Shown: piece after piece, positions 25,561 through 35,805 of the stretch
Numbering within the stretch: the stretch's first letter is position 1
How the letters are laid out: each line of letters opens with the position of its first letter
DNA from: Minutocellus sp. GHC0000111
Taxonomy: Eukaryota
NCBI GenBank assembly: GCA_977018835.1
Contig: OZ361256.1
Location: 1,178,001 to 1,242,000 of the forward strand
Direction of reading: 5' to 3'
Length of the DNA: 64,000 bases
The notes under the pieces: generated by a model
Database searches by the model: none
The model's input: only the letters and a program-made list of their open reading frames with translations
Told to the model about the DNA's origin: nothing
Position numbers and translations under genes: made by a program

Positions 25561-26488
25561 GGTTCTTCGAAATTGTGAGGTGGTCATGCTTTGGCACGTT
25601 CTCCGACACATCTGACACAAAAAAGGCAACCAACGCCTGAATTGGCTCGAGGTACCCGAGCCCTCAGTTACAAATTTAGCTTGTGTAGCAAGATTAAATT
25701 TGTGGGGGGTGGAGTGGAGGGGGGATCTGGTGGACCTTGCCTCGAAAAGTCATAGGGTCATTAGGGTTGTTACTTAAAGAAATGCATGCATCGAAAAATT
25801 TTGCACGACTGCTGCAGTAGCTTAGGTAGACCTGGTACTAAAAAGCAAGCCGGCCGAGGATGGCATCGCCATTTTAGGCAGGCTTTTGCTGTGAAATTTT
25901 GGCTACCCCCTTTTTTGTTTGATTCGGGACAATCTTCGCACGCATGTTTTTTATCTTCAATTTTTGCCTCGCAAAATGTTCAGCCATAAGATTTTTATGA
26001 TGAGGGCGACCACCAATGCCTTTGCACATAGCTGTCAAGCAAGGCGGTCGCCGACGGCAATGAAAAACTTGCACAGCAGGCAGACTAGATGATTGCGCAT
26101 TCGTGGGCAGTGCAGCGGTGCAAGCGATCCTTGTGACAACGTTCGAAGGCACTGTCTATTTTTCTTAGAACTTGCCAATCAGGCAGCAATCCGGACCCAA
26201 CCTAAAAAAATATCACTGTGAATTTCTGACAGGAAAATCCCACCGGATCGCAAGCTAGCCCGTCAAGGCAATTTTTTGAGTGCCACACCGTAGCCATGGC
26301 CAAAGAAATGAGACGGAAGAGTGCCTTGGTCTCGGCCTCGACCCCGGGCGCGCGGCGAAACCAGACACAGGCTGCTGGGCGACCACACCCAATTGAACAC
26401 TAAACTCGTGTTCCATCTTTGTAATATTTTATGAAACATGTGGCATCATGGTGACGGAAATTGTCACCTTGGCCCAATTGTGGTGGCG

Positions 26489-26949
26489 TCAAAAATGCGT
26501 CGAGGAAGAGTTGGCAGAGTCTTCGTCGTCGTTCATCGTTCGCCTGGCTTTGGTCATTGGGATTTCCTGGCGGTGGATGCGCAAGGGTGTCATGTCTAGT
26601 AGGAAATTGATGAAATCTTGATCGATGCCCCCAGGTTGATGTTGAAACCCGTTCTGATGGATTTCTGCGATGACGTTGTCCGCTAGGCCGTCAAGTGTCA
26701 CTCGATTGAAGTCGGACATGTTGTCCAAGCCGTGGAGGGACGCATCTCGGAACATGTCATTGAGATTGTGTGATCGATTCCTAATTGATGGAAGTCAAAA
26801 CGACACTCATCGATGTTGGCGTGAGCATGGGCCCGTCGATCGCCTGACTCGTCGAGAAGAAGTTGCTCGATCCTGTTGTGCACTCCATCGACTTCAGCGT
26901 GAACACCTGAGGTGAAAACGCGGGGGAGTTGGTTGTCCTCGAGTAGCAT
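26489..26949 (-). pseudogene. Small hypothetical gene or remnant inside a long intergenic interval, frameshift near 26771
   Basis: ORFs 26698..26949 and 26489..26755 join across a CACAC dinucleotide slip (..LGID/HNLNDMFRDASL..). Confidence 0.35.
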
Positions 26950-27510
26950 GTTAGTTTGCTTGCTTGCTCAAATCGTTGTGGACAACATTGCACTCGCACT
27001 CATTGATGTGATCTAAATCGGCTCCCGGCGACATCACGATGATTAGCAACCTGCTTGCAAAGGAACTAATTAAAAAGCAATCATTTTCAACAATTGTCTC
27101 AACACTTAGTGAAAAATATTGTGGTTTTGCTGGCAGAGTTTTTAAAATTCATGCTAATTCACCGACCCTTATGCGAACGACGGACAGATTTTCTAACCTG
27201 ACGAAGAAAAGACGCATCATAAATGACAAAGGTTTCGTCAAAAGAATTATATTTATTACAAATTGTCTCACAAATTACCTTTTTTGGCTGTCGTTTTACT
27301 GGCAGGTTTTACAATTATGTTAACAATTAACCCGACAGTAAAAAAAGAGGGGGAGAGAAAAAATACATGACGCCTTCCCTTCCGTTCCCTTGTCTTCCCC
27401 TTTCTCCTCGAGCCCCCCCCTGGGATCAGTTCGGGGATTGTTCAGCTGCTTTCGATTTCGTGCACTCATTTTATTTTGGCTCGGCTTGAATGCGTGGTCT
27501 TTGGCTTGCA

Positions 27511-28704
27511 ATGGGCCGCCTATTCGCTCGCCTCGTAGCGGCGGCGCTACTCGCCACACTCGCAGAAGGCTTCACTTCGCCCGTAGTCATCGTCGGGAAG
27601 GTTATAATCGACGAGTATGGCGACCCTGCAGAGAGCGAGGCACCAGCTCTGAGCATCGGAGGTGGAGGACCACAAGCTGCGTTTGGAGCGGCGTGTGGCG
27701 TGGCTGTGAGAGACTGCTTCGATGCCGATGGTAGTCGCAAACTGGAGTTTGATAACTCGGATTTTCCTCCTTGTATGCCTGTCGCATTTCTTGGCGCCGT
27801 TGGAAATGACTGGTCCGACGACGATACCGAGGCATTGCGCTCATTGATTGGTCCAGCACTGGACACACCGCCAGTGCTGGTACAAAGCGAGGACCACATT
27901 ACGCCAAGGATACGACTCTGGCACGACGAAAGTCAGAATATACAGTGGTATGCGGTGAATGATTCGTTCGGTCCGTCTGGAGCGGATGGTCTGTGGAGGA
28001 ATCGTCCCTCAGCAAATGATATACTTGCAATGCTAGACGAACGAAGTTGTGATGTTGACGAGAATGCTGCTACTGCTGCTTTGCACATGATTGTGGAGGC
28101 AGGTGAAGGTGCAGCTGGCGGTGGATTAGATTCTGAACCTTTGAGAAATTCCCAGCTCTTGGAACGCATATCATTTGTTGGCGTCGAACCAATTGCTTTC
28201 ATCAATGAGGCTGAGGGCAAAGTATCAGCAACTGATGCAGCATCCTGCGCACAACTGATGGAATCACTCCCTCGTCTAGATGTGTTATGCCCAGACAATG
28301 ATCTGGATTCGTCACTGAGAGAAATCGGTCATGATAGAGGGGCATTTCATATTGTGGCACGAAATGGACCAAAGGGAAGCATTTTGTATGAAAGTGGCAG
28401 AGGGGATGACAACGACAAGAGCAATGTCGGTACGATGGGCAAACGAGTGCCAGCGGCGACATTGGCCACATCTGACGGCCAGCCAGTGAATCCAACGGGG
28501 GCTGGGAATGCCTACTCAGGTGCTTTGAGTGCCCTGTTGGGGACCGGATCTAATTTATTGGAGGCAGCCACCATCGCCACTGGAGTCGGAGCTGCGGTTT
28601 GTGAGTTCAAGAATTTGCCTCCTTGGAGCTGGGAGACGCTGCAGAGGATACGGGACGCAAGAGATGAAGTACGGGAGAAGTTAAAGTCTACTAGAAAGGA
28701 TTAG
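27511..28704 (+). CDS. PfkB/ribokinase-fold protein, probably plastid-targeted
   Basis: IVGKVIIDE, IGGGGPQAA, RNGPKGS and VNPTGAGNAYSGAL motifs. Signal peptide ending AEG-FTSP. Confidence 0.85.
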   Translation: MGRLFARLVAAALLATLAEGFTSPVVIVGKVIIDEYGDPAESEAPALSIGGGGPQAAFGAACGVAVRDCFDADGSRKLEFDNSDFPPCMPVAFLGAVGNDWSDDDTEALRSLIGPALDTPPVLVQSEDHITPRIRLWHDESQNIQWYAVNDSFGPSGADGLWRNRPSANDILAMLDERSCDVDENAATAALHMIVEAGEGAAGGGLDSEPLRNSQLLERISFVGVEPIAFINEAEGKVSATDAASCAQLMESLPRLDVLCPDNDLDSSLREIGHDRGAFHIVARNGPKGSILYESGRGDDNDKSNVGTMGKRVPAATLATSDGQPVNPTGAGNAYSGALSALLGTGSNLLEAATIATGVGAAVCEFKNLPPWSWETLQRIRDARDEVREKLKSTRKD

Positions 28705-28965
28705 ATCAGGATTAGGAATCAGTTACCGGTATCAACCTCGCGCTGCCATCGTTTTCTCTTCCGGGCCGCTGAATTGGTGAAAGGTACCCAACGAGCTATT
28801 CGGGGTAATGTCGATTTGGGGCAAGTACGTCAGTCCGTCGTCTGATCTGCGTTGGCGCCTCGTTTCTCTGCTGGTTGATGCCGCTTCGACCACCACCACC
28901 ACCCTCCACTCTTTTGAGCCGAAGTTCGACGGAAGTCGTTGAATAAAAGCCCAAAAATCACAGCC

Positions 28966-29843
28966 ATGAAGCTCCTTCTCGCCGCCGCCCTGGCCGGCAG
29001 CGCCGCTGCCTTCGCGCCCTCCGTGTCGAACGCCCGCTCCGCCACCGCCCTCAACGTTGCCGCCGGTGACAAGCTCCCCTCCGTCGAGCTCTTCCAGGGC
29101 TTCCCCGATGTTGAGAAGATCGACATCGCCGAGTACGCCAAGGGCAAGAACATGATCATCGTTGGCCTTCCCGGCGCCTTCACCCCCACCTGATCCACAC
29201 AGCAGGTTCCCGGATACCTTGAGAAACAAGACGGTGAGTTGGTTTGTTGGGTTGGAAGACATGTGTTGCATCTGAGAGGGCTTAATGTAGAGGCGTCAAA
29301 GCAATTTAGATGGACCCATCTCCCTTCTTATCTCACCCTCTTCTTTACCTTTTGCTCTCACCAATCAATGCCTTTCCAACAAATAGCTCTCAAGGAGAAG
29401 GGAGTCGACGAGGTACTTGTGTACTGCGTCAACGGTAAGTCCAAAAAGTAGCACTAAGCAGGAAGTTGCGCCGATGTCTTTTTCAATTGAATTGTCTCGA
29501 GCGAATTCACCAGTCTAACATGAAATCTTCTTCTTTTCCAAACACTCTCCTCATCATGCCAGACCCCGCCGTCATGCAGGCTTGGGCTGAGGACCAGGGC
29601 ATCGCTGGTTCCTTCGTCAACATGATGGGCGACCCCGCCGCTGAGCTTACCAAGGCTCTCGACGTCGAGATGGTCCACCCCGGCCCTCCCTCCGTCGGTA
29701 TCATCGGCCGCTGCAAGCGTTTCGCTCTGCACGTCGTCGACGGTGAGGTCAAGTACGTTGCCATCTCCGAGGGTCCCGATGATCCGGCCGGTGATGACGA
29801 CCCGAGCGCCTCCCTTGCCCCCGCTATGCTCGAGAACATCTAA
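28966..29843 (+). CDS. Type II peroxiredoxin (Prx5-like) selenoprotein, plastid-targeted, 198 aa, exons 28966-29233, 29387-29434, 29563-29843, Sec codon TGA 29191-29193
   Basis: GLPGAFTPT-TGA-STQQVPGY aligns with the PGAFTPTCS peroxidatic motif. The spliced frame continues through VYCVNDPAVMQAW and GRCKRFAL. Both introns are GT-AG and the presequence ends AAA-FAP. Confidence 0.9.
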
Positions 29844-29947
29844 ATTTGGGTTGGAGGTTCTTCTTTAGTGATTTGCTATGTAATACCCCGCTGTTTTCTC
29901 TTCGTTTTGGGTCCTTTCGTTGTTGAATCGCCGCTCTTGGCCCGTAT

Positions 29948-30020
29948 TCTGGAGTAGTAATGACGTTTCTCTTTTTGCACAACTTGATTGTCCGGAGAGA
30001 CTGAGGATAAAATGCCCAGA
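29948..30020 (+). promoter_or_regulatory. Candidate SECIS element in the peroxiredoxin 3' UTR
   Basis: ATGAC (29960-64) / TGAG (30002-05) non-Watson-Crick core, upper helix GTTTCTCT/GGAGAGAC, lower helix TCTGG/CCAGA and apical ACAA/TTGT mini-stem. Confidence 0.7.
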
Positions 30021-30528
30021 TAAAAGGTGGCTGCGTCTTGGCCACCGGGTTCACTCTGAATATGCTTTGGTAGAGAGCAAAGATTCTGAAAGGATGGAAG
30101 AGGAAGCAGCGGAACAATATTCATATGCTACATGTTTGCAACGAGCTACAGCAAAATAGAGCTTAATCTTCTAGAATTGTTTGTTAGCGTGCGAAGAGAG
30201 ATGTCTGGCATCTTGCATGCATGCAATGCAGCAGCGGCGGCGTTTGGTACGTCCGGCCGGCCGGCCGATCCGATTTCGGCTGAGGAACCCGGAAATGAGA
30301 AAACTCCTCGCAAACTCGCAAACTGACCAATTGCGCGAGTGCCGCCCATGTTGGGCCAACATCAACTTCGCAAGGCTTTCCATACAGTACTTTCCTCGTT
30401 ACCGAGCGAGGACCCCATTGACTCTCCAACTGTGTTACCGTCTGATATTCCAAGCGGCATTCCATCAAGCGCTCACTTCAGCGACTAATTCCAGCAAAGG
30501 AAGAATTCGAAGGCAGAGCGAATCAACA

Positions 30529-30987
30529 ATGACGCTGTCCGAGGAACAATATGCGCACGACGAAGATAGCGAACTGCTAGTTCTGATCAAGGCATGCAAG
30601 TGGAAGGAAGTCAAGTCATTGTTATCCTCAGAAGGCAAGGAACTAGCAGCCCAGAAAGACGTATATTCCAACACACCTCTGCATGCAGCCATCGGCTTCA
30701 AAGCACCAGAAGAAATATCATTGGCAATTCTCGAGGTTTATCCAGAGGCGGCAAGAATAAAGGGCAGTAATGAGTGGTTGCCGCTTCACATTGCAGCCAT
30801 GTATGGCTGTTCCCCAGCAGTGATGGAAGCATTGATCAGAGCAAATCCACAGGGATTGGACGACGAGGGCGAACCAAAAATAAAAGGGCGAACTCCGCGG
30901 CATTTCAAAGACCGGTTCAAGCATAACAAGGCACTTCTTGAGCGATCAGCAGATGATTGGATCAAAATTATCGAGGGGGGAAAGTAG
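30529..30987 (+). CDS. Small ankyrin-repeat protein
   Basis: NTPLHAAI and WLPLHIAAMYG repeats plus GRTP. Confidence 0.85.
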   Translation: MTLSEEQYAHDEDSELLVLIKACKWKEVKSLLSSEGKELAAQKDVYSNTPLHAAIGFKAPEEISLAILEVYPEAARIKGSNEWLPLHIAAMYGCSPAVMEALIRANPQGLDDEGEPKIKGRTPRHFKDRFKHNKALLERSADDWIKIIEGGK

Positions 30988-31357
30988 GTATGGTTGGACG
31001 GGATGAGTGTATCTACATGGGCGAGAAGCAATCTATCTGGTCATTCAATCTGCAAATATCGGAAAGTTACGAAGTACGTGCACAATTCTGTAACGCTAGG
31101 CAGGGATAAGATTGCACAAATGTACCGGTATATACAGGCCGTGTGGATTCAATCATTTATCTTCCGAAGATAACTTATTGATAATTGATCTCACCTCTAG
31201 CCAGTACCGGTTTATGTTTGCTCTATGCTACCACAAAATATTCTTATTTCTAAGAATTTCTACATGTACTGACATACAATGCATTGGTTCTCTCCTGTTA
31301 GTTCACGCACGCTCTCATCATGTCATTTCAATATTCATATATAATAGTCTACTCATA

Positions 31358-31867
31358 CTATTTCCCCTCCATACGGACTTTCAATAGAAACCAAAGCTGA
31401 GGGATTCCCTTGAAGAGAAGTATGGGGTAGACAAATATGTTCGATGCAAAATCTGAATAGTACGTCTTCAATTCAAGAGTTCCTTGCTTTAGACCGCTGT
31501 TGTAGAACATATTCGCCGTAGGTTCCAAGTGCAGCACCTTGGCTGACGGGCAACAAAATACGCCGAGTATTCCTCTCCCAATATCAATGACTGGATCTTG
31601 ACACTTGGAACATCGTCCTCGATTCAGCCCAACCAGACTAAATTGGACCGAAGTTTGCTGGAATTGTAGAGAGTCGAAACCCTTGATATGAACGGCAGCC
31701 TTCCAAAAGAGAGCCGTGCCACTGAACGGTTCGGAGGTAAAAGCTCGACATTTGGTGCAGTGGCAGTTGATGGCGAGCATGGGTTCGGTTACTGTTTCAA
31801 TCGTGACGGCCCCACAGGAGCAGCTGCCGGCGTGAACGGTACCGGTAGGGAGAGACTTTAGTGACAT
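31358..31867 (-). CDS. GFA/CENP-V (Mss4-like) zinc-binding protein
   Basis: GSCSCGAV, NCHCTKCR and GRCSKC cysteine pattern, with a hydrophobic C-terminus. Confidence 0.85.
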   Translation of the reverse strand: MSLKSLPTGTVHAGSCSCGAVTIETVTEPMLAINCHCTKCRAFTSEPFSGTALFWKAAVHIKGFDSLQFQQTSVQFSLVGLNRGRCSKCQDPVIDIGRGILGVFCCPSAKVLHLEPTANMFYNSGLKQGTLELKTYYSDFASNIFVYPILLFKGIPQLWFLLKVRMEGK

Positions 31868-32277
31868 CGAAGTGGGCGCAGTTATATTGTTGATTTTCAA
31901 TATTGCGGTAGGAGCGTGTGATTTTCTTTGTCGTGAACCATCAATTTATGATAAGAGCCGTGCTGATTGCAAGCGGTGGGCAAGCAAACTCTACACGTAC
32001 TAAAGCAAACTCGGGAAGGTTCGCACCCAGCTGCGAACCTTAGTATACATGTACAGCAGGCTGACCGACCGGCACTCATAACGATGATGAAAAGGCCCGT
32101 CGCCCTCAATCCTTCAAATACATCAGAGTTCGCCGAGGAGTTCGCTTTGGTACCTTCGGCGAAATAGAAAAGCGCTCCCCTGCTGTCAGCCTTCAGCCAC
32201 AAAATCTTTGCTGAAGGGGTTCTCTTCGGACGAGTTTGCTCATACATGTAACATCCCGAAATCAAAATCAGTCCAAT

Positions 32278-32544
32278 ATGAGCACTTACAAATTTATCCT
32301 CGCTGCTGTTGTTGTCATATTCACTGTTGTTCCTATCGCAAGCGCGAATGACGTACAGCAGCAGCCCCGCAATCTCGGCGAAGGGTGTGGCCCCAGCGAT
32401 AATGGTCCTGTTTGCAAGATCCTTCGAAAGGCCTCGAGCATCGTCAAGTACGCCGGAAATTTGGCGGAGGACTTTCTCGAAATGTGCGAGAACTTCGCTG
32501 GCGACGATCCTGCCGTCAAAGAGTTCTGCGACGAGGTCCTCTAG
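32278..32544 (+). CDS. Small secreted Cys-containing protein (88 aa), possibly saposin-like
   Basis: Clear signal peptide (MSTYKFILAAVVVIFTVVPIASA), RNL (RXL) motif, four Cys and coding-like codon usage. Confidence 0.65.
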   Translation: MSTYKFILAAVVVIFTVVPIASANDVQQQPRNLGEGCGPSDNGPVCKILRKASSIVKYAGNLAEDFLEMCENFAGDDPAVKEFCDEVL

Positions 32545-33206
32545 TTTAGACTGTCTGGCTACAACTTGCATCGATTAGAAATTGATATCACAAGGCATCT
32601 GTCTCATCTTGGTACACCACACACAAGATAGACAATATCTAAAAGAAGAAGAAGAAGAAGAAGAGGAGGAAAGGGAAGAAGAGCAAGACTTGATGCCCTC
32701 TTTCTGCATGTCTGATAGTAGCATACATCATTCTATATCATAAGCATTTGCATACATACCTCCATGTTCATGGTCAGTGGAAGCTGCACCCAAGGAGGTC
32801 CAGCATGTGGTTTGGCGCACTGGTGAGTTTTTTGTCCGATGGACACTTTCTTCCAAGGGGGGCAAATATTAGGGGATACCCGGATATGGCCGACGCAGAA
32901 AATGCTCTCGTACAAAAACTATTTAGGAGTCTCCCTGAAATGGAATTTCTTAAATCCCTTGTATTCTTCGCATGCGCCATCCGAGAAAGCCACCGAAAAA
33001 TTGCGGTGCACCTACCAGGAATGAATTTCTACTCACTCCATCGCGCCCGGTGCAGTCCTGCGTAAGGAGCCCTTTGAATCGATTGAATCTTTTTCCTAGA
33101 GGAAAGATTCAGAAGTCTTCGAATAATATCAATTCGGCCCGAACGCAGATTTGCAGATTATTAAAAAAATGTAGATATCTAGTAATGTAGATCTCTAGTC
33201 TGTTAC

Positions 33207-33347
33207 AGAGTGATTCCACGAGACCGCCGACAAAATCGCCGTAAATAGTAAGGCACTAGGAAATTTTTTGTGCGATACTTTATGCAGCGCAAAAATGAAC
33301 CCACTAAATGGCCTCTCTCAACACGGCGAAAGCAAGGAGAATTCATC
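33207..33347 (+). repeat. 141-bp inverted repeat, left copy (DNA-transposon terminus-like)
   Basis: Reverse complement of 37029..37170 with one substitution and one homopolymer indel. Confidence 0.92.
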
Positions 33348-34174
33348 GTTGGCAAGGTCATCAACCTCACAGTAAGCAGAAGTGTCGGTAGCTTGCCAAC
33401 TTGGTCCACTTGGCTGGATGATTGGAAGGGCACCGATGCCGCTAGGGTCAATGTTGTGAGCAGTGAAGACAGGGGCGCTGCATTTACCGTGGAGAGACAG
33501 GAGACCATTGCATCCGTCAAGAACGCCAACGAGGTGGTAAGGGAGCAGATAGCGAATAACAAATAGTCTAGAGTCTAGCTAGTAGGATTCCTACTAGAGT
33601 AGATCTAGCTGATAATAATGAAGTCAATTCCTTCCGGGCACTGGTACATGTTGCTGGCCAGCCAAATACCGTATGATGATGGATGCATTGCCACAAAGAG
33701 CAGGTATTTGGTATCTTGCACATGCCACGTGGAGGGTGTTGCTTGACTACACCATTCCTGCCCCGAGGCCTGCTCCTTCGGCCCTCCACGATAATACTAC
33801 CGGTAGCTACCATTGGTTGATTGATATGTTCAGTTTGTTCTCTATTCGTTACAGTAATAATTCCGTTCTCTTCTCATCCCACATTCATCATCAAAAGTTT
33901 CGGCCAGGCAGCCATTTGCCTGACGCCCCACTCCTTTCTTCAAGAAAAGGGAAGAACCAGCTCCAAGTCCATTGATTTGCAATCTCCGGTCTCAAAAAGT
34001 GGTCCATCGTTCCGACAATTCGAGTGGGTAGAGAGAGAGGGGGGGTCCCGGGGGTTCGAGGTTTGTGCTATGGCCGCATCCATCCATCTGTGCGTGTTTG
34101 GGAAAACCGAAACAAAACATACATTTCATTTCCATCCCCCTGCCACATATATGCACTGCCGCGTTTGCTTGCGC

Positions 34175-35284
34175 TTAGATCTTGTCGATCTTGGAGAACT
34201 GTCCCCCGCCGGTGACCTGGCGGATCTTGTCCTCCTGCGACTTGGCCGCCGCGTCGGGACTGCCGCCCGTCATCATGGTGGCCATCATGTTCTTGTACGA
34301 GGCCTTCTTCTTCTTTTTCTTCTTCTTTTTCTTCTTCTTGGGTGCCTCCTCGGAAGAAGCGGCGGCGGCAGCAGTGGGAGCCTCCTCCGGCTTGGGAGCA
34401 GCGAGCTCGGGAGCGGCAGGAGCGGGGGTCTCGTCCACCTCCATGGGGGCCGGTTCGGCGGGGGCCGCGGAAACCGCAGGGGCCGCCGGAGCGGGGGCAG
34501 GGGACGCTACCGAGGCTGCCGGAGCGGCAGCGGCGGTAGTACTGGAGGCGCTGTTGTTGGTAGTATTGTTGTTGGCGCTGCCACCCTCCCGGGCGAGCAG
34601 GTCCTTGTAGCACTTGGAGCAGCAGTCACCGGTGGCGTTGCTTCCCTGTAATAGTAATATTGGTGGAGAAAGCAAGATATATTCGTGAGAATTTCGGGCA
34701 TTTATGGCGAAAATGAAGGGAGAATAAAGCGAGCCACCGTCAGCCACGATCCGTGTCCGAATATGATCGAAATGCACCCCTCCAAGTCAGTGGGACGGAG
34801 GAGGTAGAAGGGCCATGACCCTCGGCTGTCTTCACCAACCCCAGCCAGCTCGAGAGGGACGCACGATCCGTGAGTACGAACTATCGGATCGGAAACTGCG
34901 TACGTAGAAAAACTACTGCCCCCCTCAGAGGCGTCTTGTGTGTGGCTGAATTCGACCGATTGAATTTGGAAATGGCAATTCCAGTACCTCCATGGCCTCC
35001 CTCTGTGTGTTTGCTGCCAGCGCTCGCGATGGCAGGGGCATCGTCGGCCGGTAGATACACGGGGAAGACCATGGAAGGCTTCGGAATTTCCAGGCCTCGT
35101 ACGTGGAGTTGTGACACGGCGGGGGGAAGAAAAAACGGTCCTGTCTGACACCCGATTCGGCGACTCGACCTGCGATCAATCCGGAGGCGGCAAGGCAACA
35201 ACGAATACTTACGAAGAATCCGCACCCCATCTTGCAGAGGGTGGGGGAGGTTGGTTGGGCGGTGCTCTCGTCTTGGGCGGACAT
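34175..35284 (-). CDS. A20-type zinc finger protein lacking an AN1 domain, exons 35284-35213 and 34645-34175
   Basis: LCKMGCGFF|GSNATGDCCSKCYKD is the A20 finger, split by a GTAAGT...TACAG intron. It has an Ala/Pro linker and a poly-Lys tract. Confidence 0.88.
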
Positions 35285-35718
35285 GGTATTGGTATCGGCG
35301 TCTTGGGTCGGTCTGGCTCTTGGTACAGACACAGTTTTTGGAAATGTGACTTCGCGACGCGCGGCGAATGAAAATTCTCAGTTATGGAACCCGGACATTT
35401 CTCCGGTGAGTGATGAGGTACGACTAGGGTCGACGATGCAAATTGACCGACGACTTATTCGACTCAAAACGACTGCTCAGAGCAAGAAAAGTCAATAGGC
35501 CCAGACAGGAGAGAGAGAGAGAGAGCTGGCCAAAGGAACGGGCCTACTAGTACGGTGAGATAGATGTAGGGCCAGGGTACACTACGACATTCGAGTACCA
35601 AAATTCCTACGGCCAATTTCATGTAGGATTCCTACTGGCACATGTTATAATGTTGGAATCCCTAGCTAGAGAGTGATTTCACGAGAGAGCAGACACCCCC
35701 TCCGCGATGTTTCGTAAA

Positions 35719-35805
35719 CATTGTACCAACTTCCTTTTATTGATGATCCTTACTCAGAAGGGTATTGTAGACCATAATCAACAATAAAAGGAAGTTGGTA
35801 CAATG
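35719..35805. repeat. Hairpin-forming inverted repeat (24-bp perfect arms)
   Basis: CATTGTACCAACTTCCTTTTATTG ... CAATAAAAGGAAGTTGGTACAATG. Confidence 0.9.

Noticed and set aside
25752..25768. Telomere-like TAGGGTCATTAGGGTT
   Set aside because: There is only one full TTAGGG unit, which is expected by chance.
29191..29193. Peroxiredoxin as a simple pseudogene
   Set aside because: The stop is specifically TGA at the catalytic Cys, the rest of the gene is intact and a SECIS-like structure follows. It is not fully excluded without reads.
33084..33185. Helitron 3' end (hairpins followed by CTAG)
   Set aside because: The hairpin-to-CTAG spacing is atypical, CTAG is common in local intergenic DNA and no 5' end or Rep/Hel ORF is present.
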